64,000 nucleotides of DNA from Vulcanimicrobiota bacterium. Lineage in GTDB: Bacteria; Vulcanimicrobiota; Xenobia; Xenobiales; JADMJV01. Shown here piece after piece: positions 45,030 to 54,513 of the stretch. Made by a program: the position numbers and the translations under genes. A model generated the notes under the pieces. The model did no database searches. It was not told the DNA's origin and saw only the letters and a program-made list of their open reading frames with translations. The stretch's first letter is position 1. Every line of letters begins with the position of its first letter. The stretch spans positions 2,884,891 to 2,948,890 of the forward strand of contig JBFWNU010000001.1 in the NCBI GenBank assembly GCA_050250895.1. Direction: 5' to 3'.

Positions 45030-46040
45030 ATGTCAGGCAAGAAAGAAATGGTCGCTTTCTATCGCGCCCTCACCACCCTGCTCTCAGCGGGGGTCAATCT
45101 CCACAACGCCCTCGCTCATCTGCGCGAGCCGTCCTTCGGACTGGCCGAAGAGGCCGAGGGAATGCGCCGCAGGCTGCTGGCCGGTCACACACTGTCCCAG
45201 GCCATGATGGACTATCCCAAGACGTTCCCCCTGATGGTCCGAGAACTCGTGCATCTGGGCGAAGAGACCGGCGCCTTGCGAGAGGTGCTGCAGCGGCTGG
45301 CCGACCACGAAGAGAGAGCCAGAGCCCTGGCCGCTCGGGTGCGCTCGGCTCTAGTCTATCCAATCTGTGTGCTGCTCGTCGGTCTGTTGATGCTGGTGTG
45401 GCTGCCCATCGCCCTGGGCCGCTCTTTGTCGGATTCGTTCGGCGCTTTGGGGTTGCATCACACGCTGGTGGGACAACTCTTGTCGGTCATGGGCAGCCCC
45501 TATTTCGTGGTGGGTGGACTGGCCTCCGTGCTCGCTCTGGTTTGGATGGCTCGGCCCGTCTACAAGCGCCATGCGGCAGCAATTGGGCAAGGCTTGCAGG
45601 CGGTGCCTGGTCTGGGTCGTGTTCTAAGGCTGGTCATTCAGCTGCGCTTCACTCGAGCCCTGGCCTTGTGCACTCGAGTAGGGATTTATCTCCCCCACGG
45701 TCTGCGTCTGGCAGCTGCCGTGGGAGGTTGCCCGAAGTTGCGACTGGAGGCGGCCGGGGCGGCCCGAGCCCTGACTCACGGCATCGACTTGAGCCGCGGC
45801 CTGGCTGGCTCTCTTGAACCGACCCTGCGCTCGATGTTGGAAGTCGGGGAAGAGACAGGCAAGGTCCCCGAGTTGCTCGAGAGTGCCTGCGATTTGCTGG
45901 AACTCGAACTCCAACACTCGGTGGAAGTGGCCCTGGCCATGTTAGAGCCCGTCATGCTGGCCGGCGTCGGCTTGATGGTAGGCCTGTTCGCGATGGCGAT
46001 GCTGGGCCCGCTCACGCAGTTGCTTGGAAGCCTGAGCTAA
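45030..46040 (+). CDS. Type II secretion system F / PilC family protein
   Basis: FYRALTTLLSAGV, GEETGAL, ALVYP, GEETGKV and MLEP. Confidence 0.9.
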   Translation: MSGKKEMVAFYRALTTLLSAGVNLHNALAHLREPSFGLAEEAEGMRRRLLAGHTLSQAMMDYPKTFPLMVRELVHLGEETGALREVLQRLADHEERARALAARVRSALVYPICVLLVGLLMLVWLPIALGRSLSDSFGALGLHHTLVGQLLSVMGSPYFVVGGLASVLALVWMARPVYKRHAAAIGQGLQAVPGLGRVLRLVIQLRFTRALALCTRVGIYLPHGLRLAAAVGGCPKLRLEAAGAARALTHGIDLSRGLAGSLEPTLRSMLEVGEETGKVPELLESACDLLELELQHSVEVALAMLEPVMLAGVGLMVGLFAMAMLGPLTQLLGSLS

Positions 46041-46044
46041 GATA

Positions 46045-46180
46045 GAGAGGGGCGGCGACCCTCGACCGCCGCCCAGGATTATCCCCCGTTACCTCGTTTG
46101 TTTTTCCTCCGGCTCTTACCGGAGGCCCTGACCGAAGTCAGGAAAGGGTTCCACGGCGTTCCTCGTGGAGAAGGGCCTTC
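46045..46180 (-). ncRNA. Candidate structured small RNA
   Basis: -10 TAAAAT (46192-46187) followed by four hairpins, including CCTGAC-TTCG-GTCAGG and a terminal GGGCGGCG/CGCCGCCC stem. Confidence 0.4.
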
Positions 46181-46300
46181 AAGTCCATTTTAGGCGGTCG
46201 ATAGCGAACGAGTCCGCAAGAAAGCGTTAACCCCGCTCCAGCCTGCCACTCTACTTCGGGCGCACTACCAGGGCCGGAGGAGCCGCCGGAACGAACGACC

Positions 46301-46897
46301 TCACTCGGGCCGAGTGCGTTGGAACGCGTCGCGCGAGCAGAAGCGAGCGTGCCACTCGTAGAGCGAAGGAAAGCGCTCCGGCCAGTTGTGCTCGCCAAAG
46401 CGAAAGAGCAGATAGTCGAGCGCGCAGGCCAGCGAGATGTTGCCGATATCGATGGTGTCGAGCTCCGGCTCGAGGGTCATTAGGAAGGCCAACGTGGCCG
46501 TGATTTGGTGCTTGCGCCGCGAGAGCAGATCCTGGGAGGGACCTTCGGTGCGCAGCAATTCTTGCCGCCAGGGCACGGCCGAATCCATGATGCCATCGCC
46601 CAGGGCTTGTCGTCGCAAGGCGCTCCAACGGCGGGGGCCGGGGGTGGGGAAGAGCGGGTGGGGGGCGGCCGAGAGGTGGTCGAGGTACTCGCAGATCACT
46701 GGACTGTCGACCAGGACCCAGCCCTCGGCGGTGACCAGGGCGGGCACACGACCCAGGGGATTGATCTGGTGGAGGTGGTCGTCGGCGTCATGGGGAGTGG
46801 CCAGCACCAGCTCGAGTTGCTCTTCAAGTCCGCACTCGATAGCGCATACGCGCACCTTGCGGGCATAGGGGCTGGCCGGCGAATGATAGAGCTTCAT
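46301..46897 (-). CDS. Glutathione S-transferase family protein
   Basis: KLYHSPASPYARKV, NPLGRVPAL and DSPVICEYL. Confidence 0.92.
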   Translation of the reverse strand: MKLYHSPASPYARKVRVCAIECGLEEQLELVLATPHDADDHLHQINPLGRVPALVTAEGWVLVDSPVICEYLDHLSAAPHPLFPTPGPRRWSALRRQALGDGIMDSAVPWRQELLRTEGPSQDLLSRRKHQITATLAFLMTLEPELDTIDIGNISLACALDYLLFRFGEHNWPERFPSLYEWHARFCSRDAFQRTRPE

Positions 46898-46916
46898 GGG
46901 CCTGCCCTTCGACAGG

Positions 46917-47945
46917 TCAGCGGAAATTTACTTGAGGCTTGATGCGGCCGTATTCGCTCGACGTCGTGTCGTGGTTGGTGGCCGTCAGCACACTGGTGTC
47001 GGCCCGCAGGCTAGAGACGTAGTCGAGCACGAGAAAGCGGCCGGCCTCGAGGCGCGGCAGGTTGCGCAGGTCGGTGGCGACTACCTGGCCGTTGGCGGCT
47101 TTCCACTCGATGACGATCTTGGCCTCGCTGGTGGGTGTGCCGCCGCGGTTGGCCACTTTCACGCGAGCGCAAATCATGCCGTCGCCATCGGTGTAGCCAT
47201 CGATGTCTTCGGCGGTGAGGCGAGCGGGCGTGTCGGGGATATACGAGATCTTGCCTTCGCGAGTGACGCCAGAATTGAGCGATTGGGAGCGGCTGCGGCG
47301 AATCATCTCGTCCACCGAGACCGGGGTCCTATCGGTCGTCTCGGAGTGGAGTTCGGTGGCGCGAACCGGGCCGGTCTCGTCGCGTTGGGTGTCGGGGGTG
47401 AAGGCCTCACTGGGACTCATGATCTTGCCGGAGTTGGTGGAAGACGTTTCTTGGTAGCGGTTCGACAGGGGAGTCGACAGGCGAGAGCTTTTCAGGTGAG
47501 ACTCTTGAGCAGCGCTGGGGCCGCGCTCTTCGCTGCTCGACAGGCCTTTGGTGGCTCCGTGCTTATAGGCAGCGTTGGGGTCGGACTGGGATTGACCGGC
47601 CAGCGAACTGGGCCGGATGCCTTGCACGTAGAGAGCGTCCCCCGCTACCGGCATGGAGCCCTGGCTTTCGATGACCTCGACCAGGGCGTTACCCGACTCG
47701 ATCTCGACCACCCTGACCAGGATACCCTTGGCCCACGCCTCCTGAGACGACAGGGTCTGGTTGCTGGGCAGAATCTTGGCCACGGCCTTCTTGTCGATGG
47801 CTGATTCTAGCTCGATGACGTATTGGGTGGTCTGACCCGGGACTCGGGTCACCACCTTGCCGGCCTGATAACTGGTCTGGCACCACCCGATTCGGGTGAG
47901 GCAGGTTAGGCAGATAAGGACGAGCACTCCGGGCGCGAATTTCAT
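46917..47945 (-). CDS. Exported hypothetical protein
   Basis: Signal peptide, Ser/Thr-rich linker and a C-terminal beta-sandwich (CARDB-like VKVANRG). Confidence 0.65.
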   Translation of the reverse strand: MKFAPGVLVLICLTCLTRIGWCQTSYQAGKVVTRVPGQTTQYVIELESAIDKKAVAKILPSNQTLSSQEAWAKGILVRVVEIESGNALVEVIESQGSMPVAGDALYVQGIRPSSLAGQSQSDPNAAYKHGATKGLSSSEERGPSAAQESHLKSSRLSTPLSNRYQETSSTNSGKIMSPSEAFTPDTQRDETGPVRATELHSETTDRTPVSVDEMIRRSRSQSLNSGVTREGKISYIPDTPARLTAEDIDGYTDGDGMICARVKVANRGGTPTSEAKIVIEWKAANGQVVATDLRNLPRLEAGRFLVLDYVSSLRADTSVLTATNHDTTSSEYGRIKPQVNFR

Positions 47946-47991
47946 ATTGTGGAATTCCGCGGCCCGCGAGGAACTCCTTCGCGCTCGGGCC

Positions 47992-48315
47992 CTAGGGCTT
48001 GGTGCGATCGACCAGGAACTGGTCGCGGCCGCGGGTGGCCACGGCGTTCTCGACTTCCATCAACAAGCGGGTGATTTCGAGGCGGACCTGGGGCTCGGCC
48101 GAGCGCTCGGCCAGCTTCTCGATCTGGGCCAGGTTGGCTGACGAGACGCCCAGTTCGCCGCATTCCTCGTGCAGAATCTCGAGGCGATGGTCGAGCCAGG
48201 CCCGGTAGCGGGCGTCGGGCACAGCGTTGATCTGCTCTTCGACATGGTCGAGCGGGCAAGCCGAGCCGGCTAGAGTCAGCAGAAAGAGCAGGGCCAAAGT
48301 GAGATAGCGAGCCAT
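47992..48315 (-). CDS. Small exported hypothetical protein
   Basis: Signal peptide MARYLTLALLFLLTLAGSA and host-like codons. Confidence 0.6.
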   Translation of the reverse strand: MARYLTLALLFLLTLAGSACPLDHVEEQINAVPDARYRAWLDHRLEILHEECGELGVSSANLAQIEKLAERSAEPQVRLEITRLLMEVENAVATRGRDQFLVDRTKP

Positions 48316-48370
48316 GCCCAGATGTTAAAACAAAGTAAACCCGCCGGGCAGCCACCAGGGCATCCCGGAG

Positions 48371-48390
48371 GGGCATCCCATCGGATGCCC
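48371..48390. terminator. Hairpin after the CHAT gene
   Basis: GGGCATCC-CATC-GGATGCCC, 6 nt from the stop; no U-tract. Confidence 0.4.
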
Positions 48391-48396
48391 GCTAGC

Positions 48397-51015
48397 TTAG
48401 TGCCAGTCGCCGATCAGCTCGAAGGAACTCCAGAAGTAGGGGTGCGCCCAACGCGCTTCGGAGCGCACGGCCAACTGGGCCTGGCGCAGCGCTTCGGCTT
48501 TGTTCTGGCCGGCCAGCAGGCCTTTGTAGAACTCGACCATCAGGCGGGCGGTGGCCTCGTCGTCGACCCGCCACAGGCTGGCCACCATACTGCGGCTACC
48601 GGCCACCGAGAAGGCCTGGGCCAGGGTGGCCACTTCCGAGCCGGGGTTGCGCTCGCCCAGGGCGGTCTCGCAGGCCGAGAGCGTGACCAGGCTGACCTTG
48701 GAGAGGTCGAGTCCGTAGATCTCGCCGGTGGTCAGCTTGCCGCCCGCTACCAGCAGATAGCTCTCGTTGACGTTGCGCGGGTTGAGCACGCCGTGGGTGG
48801 CCAGATGGACCACGTCGCTGGCTCCGTCGAGTTTGTCGGCAGTGGCGGCCGGGCCCACGAAGGTGCGCGGGCTGGTGAACAGGCCCGCCAGCTCTTCGAC
48901 CTCATGGGTGGCTCCGGGCAGGCTGCCGTCGGGGTTCGCCAGAGCCAATAGGGTGGCCGGTGGTTTGGCGGCGCCAAAGCCGGTCACCTCGGGCATCTCG
49001 GTGGCCGTCACCAGATTGATGGCCAGCCGCGCGGCCAGAGGCTGGCCTCCTTTGGGTGCCAGGGCCGAGAAAGGAAGGTAATAGAGCATCCCGCTGGGGA
49101 TGATGGTGAGCACCTGGTGATCGGCCAGCATCGGTTCGAGGGGAGCGACCAGGCCCTGGTAGAGCTGGTCGAGAGCCGCCTCGTCGAGCGGACTGCGGCT
49201 GACCATCTGGCGCCGCAGGGTGGCTACGGCGGTGGCGGTCTGTTGGCGGCCCAGCGGGGTCGAGAAGATGCGCAGTTGGTCGTGGGTGACGGTGAACAGC
49301 AGTGTCTTGTCGGCAGCCGGATAGTAGGCCACCAACACCACCTCGGGGGGCAGCGAGGCCTGCAGCTTGGAAAAACTCGAAGGGCGGACCGACAGCAGGC
49401 GTTCGAAGTCGGGGTCGTCCTGGCGCAGCCGATTGATGGTCTTTTGAAAGTCGGCCCGGTTGTTGGCCAGTTCGCCTTCCAGGCGAGTGGCCGCGGTCTG
49501 GTCTCCGTTGGCCTGGGCCGATTGTAGTTGGGCCTGAAGCTGGCCGCGCTCTCGTTGGCCTTGGGCCAGGCTGCGCAGGGCTTGATCGGTGCCCGGGCTC
49601 CGCGAGACGCGACTCAGGTCGAGCCCGGCCGACTCGACCTCGGCGCTCAGGCGATGGGTCCACTCCAGCGCCTCCGAGGCCCGTTTCTGCTGGACCAGCA
49701 CCTCGACCAGGGTATCGGCGAAAAGGCGCAGTTCGGGCTTCTCCATGAGCTGGGCCCGGGCCTCGGGGCTGACTGCGCGAGCCCACTCCATACTCTGGGA
49801 CAGCGCCTCGACCAGCAGCTTTTCGGCTCCGGGCAGGTCGCCGGCGCGGGCCTTCATCGTGCCTAGAAAACCCAGCCCAAAGTAGCGTCCGAAGGGGTAG
49901 TAAACCTGCTCCGAGAGGGTCACCAGTTGCTTGAGGTTGGCCTCGACAGGCTCGCCCCATCCGGGCTTTGGGATGTCGTCGAGCAGATAGACGTAGGCGG
50001 TCTCGGCCCAGATGTCCATCTGGTCGACATGGTGACCGGCTTTGGCGAACCAGGCGGCGGCCTGGTCATAGTGCCCCAGGGCGGCCGCCGCGTCCCGGGC
50101 CGCGAACAGGGCATAGCGGGCGCGGGAACGCTGGAAACGGCCTCGGATGTAGTGGCCCTCCTGGGTCTCGGGAAAGGCCTTGACGGCGGGCTCGAGCTGG
50201 GTCAGCAAGGTAGGCGTGCCGGTGGATAGAGGAAAGGCCTCGGTCAGTTCCAGGGCGATATGGATGGCGCCGATGAGGAACTCGGGGTCGTTGAGTTTCT
50301 GATAGCCGGCGAAGAAGGCTTTGAACGAGGCTTCTCCCAGGCCCAGCGAGGTCTGGAACCAGGCTGCCGACAGGGGGTGGTCGCCGCGGCGAAAGGCCAG
50401 AAAGTGGTATTCGAAGGCCTGCCAGATCCACAATCTCGACCAATAGGTGGCTCGCACCACGTCAAGCGGCCACAGGGGTTGCTCGGCGGTGGCCTGATGC
50501 TGAAAAGAGGGAACATAGGCCAGCTGGCAGGCCTGGGCATAGGCGGCCGGTTCGGGTCGGCCCTGGACCAGCAGGCTAGCGAGATAGGCGGCGCTGTTGC
50601 ATTCGCTTAGCCCCAGCGCTCCGCCGGGGTCGCCCGCGGCGGTCAGCTTTTCGGCCAGCGGGCGCGCTTTGGTGAAGGCCTCGGCCGCCTTCTCGGGGTC
50701 GACGGTGCGGCTGGCGACGGCCCCCTGGATGAGGTAAAGACGCATGGCCACCTGCGGGTCGTCGACACCTTTGAGGGCCGTCTCGAGCTGTTGCCCGAGG
50801 GTGGCCGCCGAGGCCACGTCGTTGCGGGCCTGGGCGATGGCCAGACGGCGCAGGAGCAAGCGCCGGCCGTCGGCCGCATCGGTGGGCTGGGCGGCTCTGT
50901 AGAGGGCCTCAGCCTTCTCGTAGTCGCCTTGTTTGGCGGCGAGATCGGCCTCGGGCGGCACGGCCCAGGCCAGGCTCGAGAGAACGAAGAGCAGAGCGAG
51001 CAGGCGGGTTTTCAT
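48397..51015 (-). CDS. Exported TPR-CHAT (caspase-like) protease
   Basis: Signal peptide, helical repeats, IIPSGMLYYLPF, HLATHG (His), LSACET (Cys), SLWRVDD and HPYFW. Confidence 0.9.
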   Translation of the reverse strand: MKTRLLALLFVLSSLAWAVPPEADLAAKQGDYEKAEALYRAAQPTDAADGRRLLLRRLAIAQARNDVASAATLGQQLETALKGVDDPQVAMRLYLIQGAVASRTVDPEKAAEAFTKARPLAEKLTAAGDPGGALGLSECNSAAYLASLLVQGRPEPAAYAQACQLAYVPSFQHQATAEQPLWPLDVVRATYWSRLWIWQAFEYHFLAFRRGDHPLSAAWFQTSLGLGEASFKAFFAGYQKLNDPEFLIGAIHIALELTEAFPLSTGTPTLLTQLEPAVKAFPETQEGHYIRGRFQRSRARYALFAARDAAAALGHYDQAAAWFAKAGHHVDQMDIWAETAYVYLLDDIPKPGWGEPVEANLKQLVTLSEQVYYPFGRYFGLGFLGTMKARAGDLPGAEKLLVEALSQSMEWARAVSPEARAQLMEKPELRLFADTLVEVLVQQKRASEALEWTHRLSAEVESAGLDLSRVSRSPGTDQALRSLAQGQRERGQLQAQLQSAQANGDQTAATRLEGELANNRADFQKTINRLRQDDPDFERLLSVRPSSFSKLQASLPPEVVLVAYYPAADKTLLFTVTHDQLRIFSTPLGRQQTATAVATLRRQMVSRSPLDEAALDQLYQGLVAPLEPMLADHQVLTIIPSGMLYYLPFSALAPKGGQPLAARLAINLVTATEMPEVTGFGAAKPPATLLALANPDGSLPGATHEVEELAGLFTSPRTFVGPAATADKLDGASDVVHLATHGVLNPRNVNESYLLVAGGKLTTGEIYGLDLSKVSLVTLSACETALGERNPGSEVATLAQAFSVAGSRSMVASLWRVDDEATARLMVEFYKGLLAGQNKAEALRQAQLAVRSEARWAHPYFWSSFELIGDWH

Positions 51016-51020
51016 TGACC

Positions 51021-52385
51021 CTACTTCTGAGTTGTGGAGGTTTCATCCTCGAACGGTTTGACCATGGCCGCCCAGTCGGTGCGCAACGCCTTGAGGTCGC
51101 CCATGGCTCCCTCCACCACCTGGCGCGGCTCCTGGCCCGCAGTCTTATAGGCCTGGTGGGCTGCCCACCAGAACAGAAGGCTGGCCGGCAAGGCCACCAC
51201 CGTCAGCAGGCCCATGCCGGCAAAGAGCACGGCCGAAGCGATGTCACCCCGGGTATGCGAGGTGAGCAGGTCGTCAAAATCGGGGTCGTTTTGCAAATCG
51301 AGTTGTCGAGCCAGGGCCCTCACCGCCCGACCGTAACGTTGGCTGCGTTCTGGACCGTCGATCAACCTGAGGGTGGTAAGATCGGTGGGCAGGCCATCGG
51401 CGCTCGCGAACAGGGCCACGGTGACAGCCCGGGGATCGATGGGGAAATTCTCGATGTGGCTGGCCACGCCGTCGGCGATCCAATGGCACTGCGAGGGTAG
51501 CCGCAGATGGCGCAGGTAACGGCTCTTGCCCTGGGTGACGTAGTGAAGATGCAAGCTGAGTAGATAAGCGACCCAGGTTTGCGGCTCGCTGTCGCGGATT
51601 TGATTGGAGTCCTGGCTCAGTTCCCTCAGGTGGCTGCTGAGCAGCCAGGCCTGACGGTAGCGCAGATTCTCGAGGGTGCCAGGGGGTAGACGCCAACGCG
51701 GCTCGCCCTCATCGAGACGGCCGATCACCAGCGGCTGAGAGGAGGGGCCGAAGCCGTGCATGGGAGCGAAGTGGAGAGCGTCCAGACGACGACCGTCGAC
51801 GATGAGGGGAAGGGGGCAGGTGAAAGCGCGAGCACTCAGACTGCTGTGCACCACGCTATTGGCCTGGCGCCAAAGCTTGAGCGAGGCCCAGAAACCGAGC
51901 TTTTCACCCAGCCGCTGATGGGCTATGGTGAGACGCATTCGAGGGGGCGGTTGCTCGAGTTCGACCGTTTCAAAGCCGTCGCCGAGCCAGACCAGTGCCT
52001 GGCTTTGCCCGGGCAAGGCCAATTCCACCGGCCGCTGGAAGTGAATGCCCACATTCCAGAAGGCCGCCTTGAGATGGGCGAAGGCACGCTCCGGTTCGGG
52101 GTTGGGGTCGAGCAGGTCGGTGCGCAGGCGCTCCAGGGTCCAGGCCGCGGGAGCGGCGAAACTGAACTCGGCTTGCTTGCGGCCCAGTCTCACCGCGATA
52201 GCCTCGGCGGCGCCCCCGGCTACGGCTGCCTGGATGAGCTTGAGGGCCCAGTCGCCGGGCCGCGGCAATTGGAAGCTGGCTAGCTTCTCTAGAGCGCGCT
52301 TTTGGTCAAGGCTGAATTGGCCGGCCGACTCCAGGCGTCCCTGGCCTTCTAGTCGGCGAAGATAGTGCTCGAGCTGGGAGTGCAC
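51021..52385 (-). CDS. Hypothetical protein with GHKL-like N-terminus and C-terminal TM
   Basis: SAGQFSLD..RALEKLA.FQL...LKLIQAAV; hydrophobic segment near the C-terminus. Confidence 0.65.
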   Translation of the reverse strand: MHSQLEHYLRRLEGQGRLESAGQFSLDQKRALEKLASFQLPRPGDWALKLIQAAVAGGAAEAIAVRLGRKQAEFSFAAPAAWTLERLRTDLLDPNPEPERAFAHLKAAFWNVGIHFQRPVELALPGQSQALVWLGDGFETVELEQPPPRMRLTIAHQRLGEKLGFWASLKLWRQANSVVHSSLSARAFTCPLPLIVDGRRLDALHFAPMHGFGPSSQPLVIGRLDEGEPRWRLPPGTLENLRYRQAWLLSSHLRELSQDSNQIRDSEPQTWVAYLLSLHLHYVTQGKSRYLRHLRLPSQCHWIADGVASHIENFPIDPRAVTVALFASADGLPTDLTTLRLIDGPERSQRYGRAVRALARQLDLQNDPDFDDLLTSHTRGDIASAVLFAGMGLLTVVALPASLLFWWAAHQAYKTAGQEPRQVVEGAMGDLKALRTDWAAMVKPFEDETSTTQK

Positions 52386-52395
52386 CCGGGCGGCG

Positions 52396-54462
52396 TTAGC
52401 CGCTGGGCGTGTCGTTTCCTACCGGGTCGGGCGCGATCGCTCCCAGGGCGTGGCTGAGTTCGCCCATTCCAAACGGTTTGCTCAGACAAGCGCGAAAGCC
52501 GTAAGTCTTGAAATCGGCCATCACCGGGTCGTTACTGTAGCCGCTGGCCACCACCACCCTCGCTTTGGGGTCGAGTTCTAGCAATTGGCGAGTCGCCTCC
52601 TGTCCTCCCATGCCTCCGGGCACGGTCAGGTCCATCACGACCACGTCGAACGGTTGGTTGGAGTAGGCCTGCAAGGCCTGGTCGCCGTCGGCCACGGCCG
52701 TGGCCGTATAGCCTAACCGCTCGAGCATCTTGACGGTCACTCGCCGCACCGACTCCTCGTCGTCCATCACCAGCACCCGCCCCTGACCACGCCGAGGGAT
52801 GCGGCTCAGGCTATCGTCGGCCGATGAGTCCTGAGCCAGCAAGGGTAACCACAGTTCAAAGCGGGCCCCGGCCGGTGAACTGACCGTCAGCAGACCACCG
52901 TGGCGGCGGGCCACCGAGAAGGTGGTGGCCAGCCCCAATCCGCTGCCGGTGCCTTTGGTGGTGAAATAGGGGTCGAAGATCTTCCCCAGCAGTTCCTTAG
53001 CAATGCCGGGGCCCTGGTCTTCAAAGGTCAGGCGGGCGAATCGGCCCGGGCCAAGCGAAGGGTGGCCCTCGACCTGATCGAGGCTGACCTTGAACAGGCC
53101 CCCCTCCGGCATCGCCTCGAGGGCGTTAATGGTGAGGTTTTGGATGGCCTGATCGAGCTGGCCGGGATCGACCAACGCCATCAAGCGTTCGCTCTGGTTG
53201 AACTCAGCCTTGACCTTGGAACCGGTCAATACGAAGTTGACCGAACGTTTCACCAGGCGACCCAGGTCGGCCGCCCGCTTGACCGGATCGCCGCCTTTGG
53301 AGAAAGTCAGCAATTGGCGCGCCAGGTCGCGGGCTCGCTTGCAGCCATAGGTCGCTTCGCGCAGACCCTCGTGAGCCGGGTGGTCGGGGCCGAGGTCTTC
53401 CTCTGACAGCGAGAGGTTGCCCAGGATGGCAGTCAGCAGGTTGTTAAAGTCATGGGCGATTCCGCCCGCCAGCACCCCGAGCGACTCGAGCTTGGAGAGG
53501 CGCAGGCGCTCGTCTTCTTGTTCGCGCAGCTGGGTGAGGTCTTGCAGGATGAAGACAGTGCCGGTGGCTTCGTTGGAGTCGAGGCGGGCCCCGGCCAGGC
53601 GCACGGAGGGCGAACTCTGTCCGGCCAGCAGTCGCACCCCTGGGGGAGACTCCCAAAATGGCTCGTCTAACTCGACCTTGACCCGGCGGTTGTCGGAGTC
53701 GAGCAAGACCAGCACCTCGTCGAGCGAGGCTCCTCGGGCGCGTTCCACCGAAAGTCCCAACTGTCTGGCCGCGGCCGCGTTGCAGATCTCGATGCGGCCC
53801 TGCGAATCGACGGTAATCACTCCGTCGCGGATGTTGTCGACGGTCACCTCCAAACGCTGGGTGCCGGCTCTCAAAGCGCGGTTTGACTCGAAGGTCTCGC
53901 GCAAAGCCTGATCCAGGCGTAAAGAGCCGTAGAAAGCGGTGGAAGGACCGGTCAAGGCGGTCAGGCCGGCCACCCACAATCCGGGGCGCCAACCGTCCGA
54001 GGTGGCCGCGTAGACGAGAAAGAAGAGAAGGGCGAGACTGAGGGGGTGCCACAGCGCCCGCGGTGCTCGCATGGGGTATTGGGCGCCGGCCGCCGCGATA
54101 CCGTAAGCAGCCGTAGCGTAGAACGGAATCCCCAGACGGGCGTCGAGCACCGCTCCGATCCAGGCCACGAGGATGGCGAAGGCGGCGAAATTGAGCCAGA
54201 TGTAGACGAGCTGGTCGACCTGCCGCCAGCGGATGCGGATGTAATAGACCAGCGCCAACTCGGCCACCACGGCCAGGCGGGCCAGGAAGAAATTGCCGAG
54301 GGGGAGGGGGGTCACCCAGTAGCTCAGGGCCGCCTCGATGACAAAAGTGAGAACGAGGGCCGCCAGGCCGGCCCGCAAGGCTTCGTGGCGCGTATCAAAA
54401 AGATATTGCTGGCGGTAGGTCTCGTAGTCGACCGGCCGCCCGGTCTCCAAATCCCCATTCAT
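52396..54462 (-). CDS. Membrane hybrid sensor kinase (TM-PAS-HisKA-HATPase-REC, CckA-like)
   Basis: GGIAHDFNNLL, NLTINA, DQGPGI, FDPYFTTK, GSGLGL, VLVMDD and DLTVPG. Confidence 0.92.
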   Translation of the reverse strand: MNGDLETGRPVDYETYRQQYLFDTRHEALRAGLAALVLTFVIEAALSYWVTPLPLGNFFLARLAVVAELALVYYIRIRWRQVDQLVYIWLNFAAFAILVAWIGAVLDARLGIPFYATAAYGIAAAGAQYPMRAPRALWHPLSLALLFFLVYAATSDGWRPGLWVAGLTALTGPSTAFYGSLRLDQALRETFESNRALRAGTQRLEVTVDNIRDGVITVDSQGRIEICNAAAARQLGLSVERARGASLDEVLVLLDSDNRRVKVELDEPFWESPPGVRLLAGQSSPSVRLAGARLDSNEATGTVFILQDLTQLREQEDERLRLSKLESLGVLAGGIAHDFNNLLTAILGNLSLSEEDLGPDHPAHEGLREATYGCKRARDLARQLLTFSKGGDPVKRAADLGRLVKRSVNFVLTGSKVKAEFNQSERLMALVDPGQLDQAIQNLTINALEAMPEGGLFKVSLDQVEGHPSLGPGRFARLTFEDQGPGIAKELLGKIFDPYFTTKGTGSGLGLATTFSVARRHGGLLTVSSPAGARFELWLPLLAQDSSADDSLSRIPRRGQGRVLVMDDEESVRRVTVKMLERLGYTATAVADGDQALQAYSNQPFDVVVMDLTVPGGMGGQEATRQLLELDPKARVVVASGYSNDPVMADFKTYGFRACLSKPFGMGELSHALGAIAPDPVGNDTPSG

Positions 54463-54513
54463 CCCATGGAGGAGTTATCCGTCGAGAGCGATTCCTCCCG
54501 TGGTATATTCCCC

